Assembly (NCBI GenBank): GCA_026992735.1
Contig: JALWYO010000033.1
Span: 2,091-66,090 of the forward strand
DNA from: Deltaproteobacteria bacterium
GTDB lineage: Bacteria > Desulfobacterota > Dissulfuribacteria > Dissulfuribacterales > QOAL01
DNA length: 64,000 nt
Direction of reading: 5' to 3'
Position 1 is the stretch's first letter, and each line of letters begins with the position of its first letter. This document shows positions 55,034-64,000 of this stretch, piece by piece. A model generated the notes under the pieces. The model saw only the letters and a program-made list of their open reading frames with translations. It did no database searches and was not told the origin of the DNA. Both the position numbers and the translations under genes were made by a program.

Positions 55034-55044
55034 AAATTCAGAGC

Positions 55045-57552
55045 ATGAATATGAGATACGATTTCAAAGAGATAGAGCAGAAACAGCAGCACTTTTGGGA
55101 AAAAGAGGGCCTGTTCAGGCTGGATGACCGGAAGGCATCCAGGCCCTATTACTGCCTGGAGATGTTCCCCTATCCGTCAGGCAGGATTCACATGGGCCAT
55201 GTGAGAAATTATTCCATCGGAGATGTCATCGCCAGGTTTAAGCGTATGCGCGGTTTTGACGTGTTGCATCCCATGGGCTGGGATGCCTTTGGCCTGCCTG
55301 CTGAGAATGCAGCTATAAAGCACGGCATCCATCCTGCAAAGTGGACCTATGAAAATATAGATTACATGCGCCAGCAGTTGAAGCGCATGGGCCTGTCCTA
55401 TGACTGGTCCAGGGAACTTGCCACATGTGATCCGGATTATTACAGGTGGGAACAGCTCTTTTTCATAGAGATGATGGAAAAGGGCCTTGTATACACGAAA
55501 AAATCCAGGGTGAATTGGTGCGAACAGTGCCAGACCGTGCTGGCCAATGAGCAGGTGGAGGATGGTAAATGCTGGCGCTGTGACACCGATGTCCAGGAGC
55601 GTGAACTGGACGGCTGGTTTTTCAGGATTACCGCTTATGCTGAAGAATTGCTGGCAGGCTGTGACAAGCTGAAAAACTGGCCTGAGAAGGTTCTGACCAT
55701 GCAGAGGAACTGGATTGGCAAGAGCACAGGCGCTGAAATCAAATTTCCCTTGAAAGGGCGTGGAGAGGCTCTCACGGTATTCACCACCAGGCCTGATACC
55801 CTGTTCGGCGTGACTTTCATGAGTATTTCGCCTGAGCATCCCATGGCCCTGGAGCTTTCCAGGGGCACCGGCCAGGAAGAGGCTGTAAGAGACTTTATAG
55901 AACGCTGGGAAAAGACCCTCAAGGCAGAGAGATATGGCGAAACCGAAAAGGAGGGCATCTTTACAGGCAGTTATGTGCTTCATCCAGTAACCGGCGATGA
56001 AGTGCCGGTATTTATAGCCAATTTCGTGCTTATGGAATACGGTACAGGGGCTGTAATGGCGGTCCCTGCCCATGACCAGAGGGATTTTGAATTTGCCCGC
56101 AAGTACGGCTTGCCCATACGCCTTGTGATAGCCCCGAGAGATAAAAAGATAGATCCTGACGCCATGGAAGAGGCATGGGAAGGGCCAGGCATCCTGGTAA
56201 ATTCAGGAGAGTTCAACGGCCTGGACAACGAAGAGGCCAAGAAGGCCATCGTGGAATTCCTGGAACAGCAGGGCAAGGGCAGCAGCAAGGTCACATACAG
56301 GTTAAGAGACTGGGGAATATCCAGGCAGCGTTACTGGGGTGCGCCCATCCCTGTGATATACTGCCCGAACTGTGGCGCAGTGCCTGTCAGAAAGGAGGAT
56401 CTGCCTGTAAAACTGCCTGCTGAGGTGGAATTCGATCCAAAGGGCCGTTCTCCCCTGCCTGAGCTCAGGAGTTTTTACGAAACCACGTGTCCAAAGTGCG
56501 GGGCTGCTGCCCGCAGGGAAACGGATACCATGGATACGTTTGTGGAATCCTCCTGGTATTTTGCCCGTTACATCTGCCGGGACGACGACACCATGCCTCT
56601 GGACAGGGAAAGGGTGGACAGGTGGCTGCCTGTTGATCAGTACATCGGAGGCATAGAGCATGCCATCCTGCACCTCCTGTACTCGCGTTTTTTTACCAAG
56701 GTGCTCAGGGACCTGGGTTATCTCTCTGCGGACGAGCCGTTTGACAGGCTGCTTACCCAGGGAATGGTGCTCAAGGATGGTGCCAAGATGTCCAAGTCCA
56801 AGGGCAACGTGGTGGACCCGAATACCATGATAGAGCGCTACGGGGCCGATACGGTCCGGCTGTTCATACTCTTTGCTGCGCCGCCTGAGAGGGACCTGGA
56901 ATGGAGTGACAGGGGTGTGGAAGGGGCCCACAGGTTCCTTCTGAAGATATGGCGCCTGGTGACTGACAACATTGAAGCCCTCAGGAAGTCAGGCAATGCC
57001 AGTAACTCCGGGATGCAAAATGCAGCTTCCATGCATCCTGAGCTCAAGAGACTCAGGCAGAAGACCCACCAGACCATTGCAAAGGTCACCAGGGACATAG
57101 AGGAAAGATACCATTTCAATACTGCCATAAGTGCCGTCATGGAGCTTGCAAACGAGTTGTCCCCCTTGCTCAAGGAGGATTCCATTGAAAGGCTTCCAGG
57201 AGAGGGTTTGTGGCCCGTGGCCCTTGAGGCCATTGAAGCCATGCTGCTACTGTTATCACCAATGGTGCCTCACATGACTGCAGAACTGTGGAAGATGTTA
57301 GGGCATTCCAAGCCCCTGGCTCTTGAACCATGGCCAGAGGCAGACAGTGATGCGGCATCTGTTGAAACCGTGACTATAGTGGTCCAGATTAAAGGCAAGG
57401 TCAGAGGGAGGATACAGGCCCCTGCAGGTGCATCCCAGGAAGATGTTGAGAAACTGGCCATGCAGGAGCCGAATGTGCAGCGTCATCTGGAAGGCAAGGG
57501 TGTGCGCAAGGTCATTTATATAAAAGACAAGATACTGAATATTGTGGTATAG
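55045..57552 (+). CDS. leuS: leucine--tRNA ligase
   Basis: The track ORF starts at 54847 inside nusB. I trimmed it to ATG 55045 (alternative ATG 55051). It has a HIGH-type motif ([13 protein letters not shown]) and the KMSKS motif. Confidence 0.95.
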   Translation: MNMRYDFKEIEQKQQHFWEKEGLFRLDDRKASRPYYCLEMFPYPSGRIHMGHVRNYSIGDVIARFKRMRGFDVLHPMGWDAFGLPAENAAIKHGIHPAKWTYENIDYMRQQLKRMGLSYDWSRELATCDPDYYRWEQLFFIEMMEKGLVYTKKSRVNWCEQCQTVLANEQVEDGKCWRCDTDVQERELDGWFFRITAYAEELLAGCDKLKNWPEKVLTMQRNWIGKSTGAEIKFPLKGRGEALTVFTTRPDTLFGVTFMSISPEHPMALELSRGTGQEEAVRDFIERWEKTLKAERYGETEKEGIFTGSYVLHPVTGDEVPVFIANFVLMEYGTGAVMAVPAHDQRDFEFARKYGLPIRLVIAPRDKKIDPDAMEEAWEGPGILVNSGEFNGLDNEEAKKAIVEFLEQQGKGSSKVTYRLRDWGISRQRYWGAPIPVIYCPNCGAVPVRKEDLPVKLPAEVEFDPKGRSPLPELRSFYETTCPKCGAAARRETDTMDTFVESSWYFARYICRDDDTMPLDRERVDRWLPVDQYIGGIEHAILHLLYSRFFTKVLRDLGYLSADEPFDRLLTQGMVLKDGAKMSKSKGNVVDPNTMIERYGADTVRLFILFAAPPERDLEWSDRGVEGAHRFLLKIWRLVTDNIEALRKSGNASNSGMQNAASMHPELKRLRQKTHQTIAKVTRDIEERYHFNTAISAVMELANELSPLLKEDSIERLPGEGLWPVALEAIEAMLLLLSPMVPHMTAELWKMLGHSKPLALEPWPEADSDAASVETVTIVVQIKGKVRGRIQAPAGASQEDVEKLAMQEPNVQRHLEGKGVRKVIYIKDKILNIVV

Positions 57553-57562
57553 GGCCGTCAAT

Positions 57563-58078
57563 ATGCGGAAAACAGTATTTTTATGGGCTGTTGCACTGTT
57601 GTTTTGCTGTGCATCCTGCGGTTACCACAGGCAGGAGTCCAACTTCCAGCTGCCTTCCTGGGTAAAGACCATCTATGTTGCGCCTGTGAAGAATGACAGC
57701 AACGAGCTAAGGCTTGGCACCTGGGTAACAGATGAGCTCCGCGAGGAATTTCTCCGGGATAGTGGCCTTAAGTTGGTGCCGAAGGATGAGGCGGACATAA
57801 TCCTGGATGGAAGGGTGGTCAGTGCCTATACCACAGGGCTTTCGTATGTCCGCTACGATGTGGCAGTGGAGAGGCGCATTGGCGTGGAATGCGCCATAAA
57901 GCTCGTTGACGCCAAGACGGGCAAGCAGATCTGGCAAAGCGCAAACATATACAGGGAGGAAGGCTTTTACGTGGCAAAGGATATCATGACCACAGAGGAT
58001 CACAAGGATACCGCCCTGAAAAAGATAAGCCGGGACATAGCGGAAATTGTCCACCACAGGGTTACGGGCGTTTTCTGA
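57563..58078 (+). CDS. lptE: LPS-assembly lipoprotein LptE-like
   Basis: Trimmed to ATG 57563. It has a signal peptide with a Cys-rich lipobox region (LLFCCASCG), is about 170 aa, and is in the conserved position right after leuS as in E. coli. Confidence 0.65.
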   Translation: MRKTVFLWAVALLFCCASCGYHRQESNFQLPSWVKTIYVAPVKNDSNELRLGTWVTDELREEFLRDSGLKLVPKDEADIILDGRVVSAYTTGLSYVRYDVAVERRIGVECAIKLVDAKTGKQIWQSANIYREEGFYVAKDIMTTEDHKDTALKKISRDIAEIVHHRVTGVF

Positions 58079-58090
58079 GGCTGTTCTGGT

Positions 58091-59242
58091 TTGAAGATTC
58101 TCTCGATATTCGGCACCCGCCCAGAGGCCATCAAGATGGCTCCTGTAATCATGCGCCTTAATCAGGAGCCCGGGCTGATCTCACGTATTTGCGTTACCGC
58201 CCAGCACCGCCAGATGCTTGACCAGGTGCTGGAGCTATTCGGCCTCCAGCCTGATTACGACCTGGACATCATGCGTCCTGACCAGGACTTGTTTGACATA
58301 ACAGCCCGTTCTTTGGTGCTTGTCCGTGATGTGCTCGAACAGGAACGTCCTGACCTGGTGCTTGTACAGGGTGATACCACCACTTGTTTTGTGGGTGCGC
58401 TGGCTGCATTTTACAAGGGGATACCTGTCGGTCACGTGGAAGCCGGCCTTCGTACGGGCAATATTCATGCCCCGTTCCCGGAAGAGGCCAACAGGTGCAT
58501 GACTTCCCGTATCGCAAGCCTGCACTTTGCCCCTACGGAGCGCTCCAGGGAAAATCTGATTTCAGAAAACGTGTCTCCCGATACCGTCTGGGTGACCGGC
58601 AATTCTGTAATAGACGCATTGCTTCATGTCAGAAAGATGATGACGCAGCTTGCAGATCTACCAAATGTCTATGGCACAGCCCAGGAAATCGTTTCAGACA
58701 GCAGGCCTTATGTCCTGATAACAGGCCACAGGAGGGAAAATTTCGGCCAGGGGTTTCTTGATATCTGCGGTGCCATTGGAGACCTTGCAGAGATCCATCC
58801 GGATATCCATTTCCTGTACCCTGTGCACCTGAATCCCAATGTCCAGGAGCCTGTTTACCGCATCCTTGGACATCTGGAAAATGTTCATCTGATTGCACCG
58901 TTGGACTACGCACCTTTCGTAGTGGCCATGGACCGTTGCCTGTTTATCCTTACTGATTCTGGCGGTGTCCAGGAGGAGGCCCCGTCTCTTGGCAAGCCCG
59001 TTCTGGTAATGCGGGATACAACAGAGCGGCCCGAGGCAGTGGAGGCAGGCACGGTCAGGCTGGTTGGCACTGATAGGCATAGGATCGTAACCGAGGCTGA
59101 ACGCCTGTTTAACGACAAGGCGCATTATGCCAGGATGGCCGCCTGCCACAACCCTTACGGAGACGGAAAGACGGCAGACAGGATAGTTGAGGTATTAAAG
59201 GTCGTCCCTGCCTGGATAACCGGGCGGCCTGTGCAACCTTGA
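58091..59242 (+). CDS. wecB: UDP-N-acetylglucosamine 2-epimerase (non-hydrolysing)
   Basis: 383-aa ORF with a TTG start that preserves the canonical N-terminus MKILSIFGTRPEAIKMAP. HVEAGLRT and DSGGVQEEAP motifs are present. Confidence 0.9.
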   Translation: MKILSIFGTRPEAIKMAPVIMRLNQEPGLISRICVTAQHRQMLDQVLELFGLQPDYDLDIMRPDQDLFDITARSLVLVRDVLEQERPDLVLVQGDTTTCFVGALAAFYKGIPVGHVEAGLRTGNIHAPFPEEANRCMTSRIASLHFAPTERSRENLISENVSPDTVWVTGNSVIDALLHVRKMMTQLADLPNVYGTAQEIVSDSRPYVLITGHRRENFGQGFLDICGAIGDLAEIHPDIHFLYPVHLNPNVQEPVYRILGHLENVHLIAPLDYAPFVVAMDRCLFILTDSGGVQEEAPSLGKPVLVMRDTTERPEAVEAGTVRLVGTDRHRIVTEAERLFNDKAHYARMAACHNPYGDGKTADRIVEVLKVVPAWITGRPVQP

Positions 59243-59254
59243 GCTGGATATGTG

Positions 59255-59788
59255 TTAAAGTCCGTTTGCACCGTCATTGCTGGATTTTTCTTTCAGCAGG
59301 CCAATTATCTCTTTCATAAAATATGGTATGTCCTCCGGCTTCCTGGCGGTAACTATATTGCCGTCCCTGATGACTGGCACGTTATCGTATTTTGCCCCGG
59401 CATCCTCGATGTCTTCGGCTACTTTCCAGTAACAGGTAGCCTTTCTGCCCTGGAGTATGCCAGCTGCTGCTAATATGAGCGGGCCGTGGCATATTGCAGC
59501 TATGGGCTTTTTCTCCTTTTCAAAGGCCTGAACTATCTTCTGGACATCCGGCATGTGTTTGAGACTGGCAGGGGCCTTGCCGCCTGGCAGGTAGAGGGCA
59601 TCAAACGCAGATGGCTCAACATCGTCCAATGACAGGTTGGCGCTCACCACATAACCCTTTTTACCTATGACTTCTCCCCATTCCGGCACTGCAATATCCA
59701 CCTGGAAGCCCTCTTCCTTGAATCTGTATGCAGGGCAGATAAGCTCCGAGTCTTCAAAGCCATTCGCAGTGATTATCAGTATCCTCAT
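59255..59788 (-). CDS. DJ-1/PfpI family protein
   Basis: 177-aa ORF with the nucleophile-elbow context AAICHGP and LPGG. GGAGG lies upstream of the ATG. Confidence 0.9.
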   Translation of the reverse strand: MRILIITANGFEDSELICPAYRFKEEGFQVDIAVPEWGEVIGKKGYVVSANLSLDDVEPSAFDALYLPGGKAPASLKHMPDVQKIVQAFEKEKKPIAAICHGPLILAAAGILQGRKATCYWKVAEDIEDAGAKYDNVPVIRDGNIVTARKPEDIPYFMKEIIGLLKEKSSNDGANGL

Positions 59789-60018
59789 GGTCGTTGCCTC
59801 CTGTATTTTGTCATGAAGTCATTATGTCAAAAATCTGGATTCAAGTAATGACATCAAGCGGCTTTCCAGTCAACTTGATCTTTAATCCGTCACGACTTTT
59901 CAGCACGATTAGTTTTCTGTATATTTGGTAGCACCATATCTTCTTAAGTTGCTTGCCTTTTTAGGCATTAGTTACTGTTCCTTTCTCTGTCATGATTTAG
60001 AAAAAATGGAGGAGAAAA

Positions 60019-60576
60019 ATGGGTATTTTTTTAAGTTTTTTACCATGGATTATTTTTTGGGTCATAAGCGGCAACAATAATTATCAAATAGGTGCTCTGG
60101 CGGCCATGGTGATGGTTATTTTTTTGAATATTAAAAATGTCAAACAAGGAAATGTAAAGATTCTCGATTTGGGCACATTGATATTCTTTTTTATTTTGAC
60201 AGGGATTTCCTTTTTCTCAATGGCTGTTTGGGTCGATAAATATGCTGCACCTCTCAGCAATGTTGCTATGTTTCTGATTGCTGTGATATCATTGGCTCTT
60301 AGGAAGCCATTTACCATACAGTATGCATACGAGAAAGTTAATCCTGAGTTTTGGAATACACCAAAATTTTATACGACTAACCGCACTATTACTGTAATTT
60401 GGTGTATTACATTTGCAATCAATGCTTTCTTGTCGTACCTTTATGTGCGTAATCCTAATATATTTTTTTGGGGGATTATTATCATTGTCCTAATCGGTGC
60501 TATTAAATTTACTGTTTGGTATCCTGATTTCGTAAAAGCAAAAAGTCAGCAAAGTAGACAGGTTGCGCGCGATTGA
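60019..60576 (+). CDS. hypothetical integral membrane protein (AT-rich gene)
   Basis: 185-aa ORF with GGAGGAG upstream and 5-6 predicted TM helices. I recognise no family. It is visibly AT-richer than the surrounding genes. Confidence 0.7.
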   Translation: MGIFLSFLPWIIFWVISGNNNYQIGALAAMVMVIFLNIKNVKQGNVKILDLGTLIFFFILTGISFFSMAVWVDKYAAPLSNVAMFLIAVISLALRKPFTIQYAYEKVNPEFWNTPKFYTTNRTITVIWCITFAINAFLSYLYVRNPNIFFWGIIIIVLIGAIKFTVWYPDFVKAKSQQSRQVARD

Positions 60577-60723
60577 GAAACCATAGCTTGCAGGATACGA
60601 TGCGCCTGTAGAAGAAATTGGAGCGGATGTCGATCAACGATACCAGGGAGACAAGTCACCCATTTTCATAGTCAGCATCAATGGATTTCATTCTCGCCTT
60701 TTCCCTGTTTTTTTTGATTCTGC

Positions 60724-61314
60724 TCATGCATTCCATCCCCAGTTTTGGTACCTGTCCCGGGACCAGCGCAGATATTTCATCAATTCCCAATTGACCAATT
60801 CGGGATAAAATTGCTCGCTGTCAAATTCTCCACCAAACCATTCCATGTGGCTCTCATGCTCTTCATGTCCCGGGTCTTTCAGCGCTGTGCAGAATTCAAA
60901 GTAACCGGTCACTCCACCCACATCCTCAGGCGGGCAGGCTCTTGCGCCGTCAAGACAAGCGATAGGGGTTCTCAGTTCGGGGTTGAAATAGCGGCTTTCT
61001 TCGATAAGTAGTTCATGTTTCCAACAGTCCCCGAAATCATAGACATATCCAAAAGTCCGGCCCTTTCGTTTGATCAGATTAACGAGCCGGTATCTTCCGC
61101 ACGCAAGACCATCCTCCTTCGATTCCGGATATTCAGTGTACCGCTTTTTCCCAATGGTAAACTCATGGAGATGGCTGTCGGTCCAGCCCATGACAATCTG
61201 AATGACATCGTGCAGCCGGTCCAGTGTAATGTTGGCAGGCACCACAAATTTCCGCCAGATAGCCGGTTCGATATCAAGGAGTTGTATTTTAAGCAGATAA
61301 AATCGTTCATTCAT
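60724..61314 (-). CDS. plasmid pRiA4b ORF-3-like (MM3350-like domain) protein
   Basis: 196-aa ORF. The N-terminus YLLKIQLLDIEPAIWRKFVVPANITLDRLHDVIQIVMGWTDSHLHEF is the characteristic signature of this family. Its start overlaps the upstream gene stop by 4 nt. Confidence 0.85.
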   Translation of the reverse strand: MNERFYLLKIQLLDIEPAIWRKFVVPANITLDRLHDVIQIVMGWTDSHLHEFTIGKKRYTEYPESKEDGLACGRYRLVNLIKRKGRTFGYVYDFGDCWKHELLIEESRYFNPELRTPIACLDGARACPPEDVGGVTGYFEFCTALKDPGHEEHESHMEWFGGEFDSEQFYPELVNWELMKYLRWSRDRYQNWGWNA

Positions 61315-62663
61315 TTTTTCACCTCATATTTTGACCAGAAGCTCCGTTTGCGGCCATGAGCCTGAATGATCTGTTCCTTGAATGCTTCGTGATTGTTAAA
61401 ATCCTTCCAGTCAGTTACCAACCCAGACAGTTTGTCCAGCTTCTTCAGATACCGGACACCGTGTGGATACGCCTTGGTGTAGCCGCGCTCCAGAATGGAT
61501 ATCAATAAGCTGCGGTATATCAGGGTGGTGACAAGATGCCGGTTATCTGATTCCATTGCTTCAGCAAGTGAAAGCAGACTGCCGTAATAATTGCCATCGA
61601 GCTGGTCTGCACGTTCCAAAATATAGGCCTCTGCTTCATCCATCTTGCCGATAGCAATCAGAAATTCTGCATCCGACTCCTGGAGTCCGTCGCTATTCAA
61701 AATGTGCGTCACCTCATCGGCAATAACTTCATCGCGTTTATCATGGCCAATCACATCCAGAAGCGCCTGCAAGGTATCCGTAGTGTGAAACGATCTGAAT
61801 TTCTGATACAGGAGTTTTGTCAGCGCTTCGGAGTTGCCCAGCCTACGGTAGATTTCCTCCAGCAGTTCATCCCGTTCATATTCCTGATAGGTTTCGCCTT
61901 CAGGGATTTTCTTTAGCCAGGAATGGGCGGTTTCAACATCACCGCTTTCCAGATAGACACGGGCAATGTCAATAAGTGCCGCAGTGGACAGCTTTCCCCA
62001 CGAGGCAATGCGGGCCTTTTCAAAAAGCCTGGGATCCTTGATCTGTCTGGCCAGCGATTCGATTAACATCAAGTGACGACGCTTGCCGTATTCATCCTTT
62101 TCTTTATCCGCCCGTTTCTGAAGCTCGGCTATCATTGAACGAATGACCTCTTCAGGCAGGCACTCACCGGTGCAATCAACCAGAGTATTCCGGATGCCGT
62201 AGTTATCCTCTTGATTCACTTTCAGGATAATGCCTGCAACTTTCTCTTTATCAGAACAACGGGAGGCATAATCGACAAACAGATCCCTGGCATCATAACG
62301 GAACACACTGCCGATATGTCCGCTGGAGTCATCGCACATCTCAAAGATGGCATTGTCCGCCTGGTAAAACGCAGCAACCAGTTCAATACCGGTGACAGGA
62401 TCATTCACACCCGCTTTCAAATCCTGAAGCAGCATTTCAAGCTCCCGGGCAAAGCCGGCGGATTCCCGCCACCCAATGAACCGTCTCCGCCGCTTAAGCC
62501 CCGCCAGTTTCCTTTTGAACCGCTGGATATTTTCTTTAGGTGTGGCAATCAGTTGTTCAATCAGGTCATCCGCTTCGTCAGAGTGAACAGCAAGGTTCAA
62601 CAATGCGTCTGCCAGAGCATCCGCACCAAGAGCTATCAGTTTTTCCTTTCGAGGGTCAACCAT
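61311..62663 (-). CDS. hypothetical alpha-helical repeat protein (450 aa)
   Basis: A long ORF with helical, TPR-like composition and a basic C-terminus (HGRKRSFWSKYEVKK). It is translationally coupled to the MM3350-like gene. Confidence 0.7.
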   Translation of the reverse strand: MVDPRKEKLIALGADALADALLNLAVHSDEADDLIEQLIATPKENIQRFKRKLAGLKRRRRFIGWRESAGFARELEMLLQDLKAGVNDPVTGIELVAAFYQADNAIFEMCDDSSGHIGSVFRYDARDLFVDYASRCSDKEKVAGIILKVNQEDNYGIRNTLVDCTGECLPEEVIRSMIAELQKRADKEKDEYGKRRHLMLIESLARQIKDPRLFEKARIASWGKLSTAALIDIARVYLESGDVETAHSWLKKIPEGETYQEYERDELLEEIYRRLGNSEALTKLLYQKFRSFHTTDTLQALLDVIGHDKRDEVIADEVTHILNSDGLQESDAEFLIAIGKMDEAEAYILERADQLDGNYYGSLLSLAEAMESDNRHLVTTLIYRSLLISILERGYTKAYPHGVRYLKKLDKLSGLVTDWKDFNNHEAFKEQIIQAHGRKRSFWSKYEVKK

Positions 62664-62734
62664 TTGTCTAAACTCCTATCTTTGCATACGCTGGCCCGGA
62701 CAGCGAACTGCGGCCATCCGGATACACGTTTTGC

Positions 62735-63901
62735 TCATCCTGGCAGTTCTGTTTCCTGGTTCATGATCTCCACATATCCTGCATAGCTGAAAAGCCGGTT
62801 GCGCTTGCGGGAAGTCAGTTTCCGGACAATGCCCAGCCGCTCAAGATGGGCAAGCGCCTTGTTGACCGTTGCAGCAGTGATGCCAGTCTTTTTCACCAGC
62901 CACCCGGATGTAGTGATGGGCCGCTCCATCATGGCACGATGAATCCGCAGAGCAGATGACGCTGCCCGGCCGAGGCTGCTGATCTTATCGCGGTCAATAC
63001 TCGCCAGATCGACAAGTTGTCGCGCTGTTTCCACCGCCTGGCCAGCAGTAACAATGACCGCCTCGGCGAAGAAGTCGAGCCAGGCTTCCCAGTCACCGGT
63101 CAGACGCACATTGCCCAGCAATTTGTAGTAATATCGGCGGTGTGTTTTGAAATAGAGGCTCAGGTAGAGCATGGGCTCACGGAGTACTTTCTGCTCGCAC
63201 AGAAGCAGCGTGATCAGGAGCCGTCCAAGACGGCCGTTACCATCCAGAAAGGGATGGATGGTCTCGAACTGCACATGGGCCAGAGCAGCTTTAAGGAGCG
63301 CAGGGGTCGGTTCCGGCTGGTCATGCAGAAATAATTCCAGTTTGCCCATGCACTCCATAACCAGCTCTGCCGGTGGAGGAACAAAGGCCGCGTTGCCGGG
63401 TCTGGTGCCGCCAATCCAGTTTTGGGTCCTGCGGAATTCGCCCGGCGTCTGGTTGCTGCCCCGCCCCTTTGCAAGCAGTATGGAGTGCATCTCCTTTATA
63501 AGACGCAGGGAAAGCGGGAACCCCTGGGCCAGCCGTGAAAGACCATGGTCTAGGGCCGCCACATAGTTGCTTACTTCCCGGACATCATCCATGGGTACGC
63601 CGGGCTCCATGTCCAATTCGAAAAGAAGAAGATCGGAGAGCGATGACTGCGTTCCCTCGATCATGGAGGAAAGTACCGCTTCCTTGCGGACATACATGTA
63701 AAGGAACAGGGAGATATCAGGCAGGAAAGTAGAAATACTGTCCAACCGCCCGAGAGAAAGCAGCGCCTGGTCGAACTTGTCGCGCAACTCCGGCGTCCAC
63801 TCAATGGGCGGTTTCGGAGGGAGTGGAGCGGGAACAAAGGCCCGGGCATTCTCACCCACCGTTGATATAGTTACATAATGTCCCTGGAGTTTGCGCTTCA
63901 T
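62735..63901 (-). CDS. Fic family protein (AMPylase-type) with a C-terminal winged-helix domain
   Basis: 388-aa ORF with the Fic core motif HPFLDGNGRLGRLL (HxFx[D/E]GNGRxxR). It has an N-terminal inhibitory-helix-type motif SSMIEG ([S/T]xxxE[G/N]). The C-terminus is wHTH-like (VNKALAHLERLGIVRKL). Confidence 0.9.
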   Translation of the reverse strand: MKRKLQGHYVTISTVGENARAFVPAPLPPKPPIEWTPELRDKFDQALLSLGRLDSISTFLPDISLFLYMYVRKEAVLSSMIEGTQSSLSDLLLFELDMEPGVPMDDVREVSNYVAALDHGLSRLAQGFPLSLRLIKEMHSILLAKGRGSNQTPGEFRRTQNWIGGTRPGNAAFVPPPAELVMECMGKLELFLHDQPEPTPALLKAALAHVQFETIHPFLDGNGRLGRLLITLLLCEQKVLREPMLYLSLYFKTHRRYYYKLLGNVRLTGDWEAWLDFFAEAVIVTAGQAVETARQLVDLASIDRDKISSLGRAASSALRIHRAMMERPITTSGWLVKKTGITAATVNKALAHLERLGIVRKLTSRKRNRLFSYAGYVEIMNQETELPG

Positions 63902-64000
63902 CTTTTTCCCGCATTCTGAAAAACTTTTTTATTATTTTAGGATAAAGCTTTAACTTAAAATAATATGGGGCACATCAAGAGTCAAACAGCGTAACCTAAA

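Noticed and set aside
54847-55044. N-terminal extensions of track ORFs that overlap the preceding gene: leuS 54847, ubiX 18859, proB 39681, ribE 51991, ribBA 52793, obg 38753, amt to 48154, lptE 57542 and the P-loop protein 25683.
   Set aside because: The canonical conserved N-termini and SD sequences sit at the internal ATGs that I used. The extensions merely reflect the absence of an in-frame stop.

Overview
A 64-kb chromosomal window of roughly 50% G+C with about 57 protein genes, one tRNA-Ala(GGC), and no rRNA, CRISPR array, transposase or integrase that I could see. Gene content suggests an anaerobic, sulfate-reducer-type Desulfobacterota (Deltaproteobacteria) genome: Hdr/Mvh-type redox modules, an 11-subunit Nuo lacking NuoEFG and a probable selenoprotein. 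This taxonomic call is inference only. Blocks in order: (1) 1-4413, minus-strand operon of ATP-grasp, class-III aminotransferase, Gfo/Idh/MocA dehydrogenase and CDP-alcohol phosphatidyltransferase; the last gene runs off the window and is absent from the ORF track. (2) A small lipoprotein and an OmpA-family lipoprotein. (3) 6805-15654, an Hdr-like redox operon: HdrD/GlpC-like protein with an in-frame UGA, double HdrA, MvhD, Fe-S protein, AsrA-like, AsrB-like and NMO-like flavoprotein. (4) ilvE and tRNA-Ala. (5) UbiD/UbiX/hypothetical/UbiA, then pyrK-pyrD. (6) A stand-alone EF-G paralog, a RecA-like P-loop protein and an orphan OppD-type ABC ATPase. (7) nuoABCDHIJKLMN. (8) obg-proB. (9) Minus-strand nitrogen operon amt-amtB-glnK-glnD-glnA with a sigma-54 promoter. 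(10) Three small Cys-rich metalloproteins. (11) ribD-ribE-ribBA-ribH-nusB-leuS-lptE-wecB. (12) DJ-1/PfpI, then an accessory-looking end region with an AT-rich membrane gene and a Fic / helical 450-aa protein / pRiA4b-ORF3(MM3350)-like operon. The most interesting items are the probable selenocysteine plus SECIS-like hairpin in the HdrD-like gene, the unusual composition of the Hdr operon, the head-group or solute-like biosynthetic operon at the left edge, the triple-NTPase operon with a perfect palindromic operator, a 107-nt GC-rich structured element at 50161-50267, and the Fic three-gene module.
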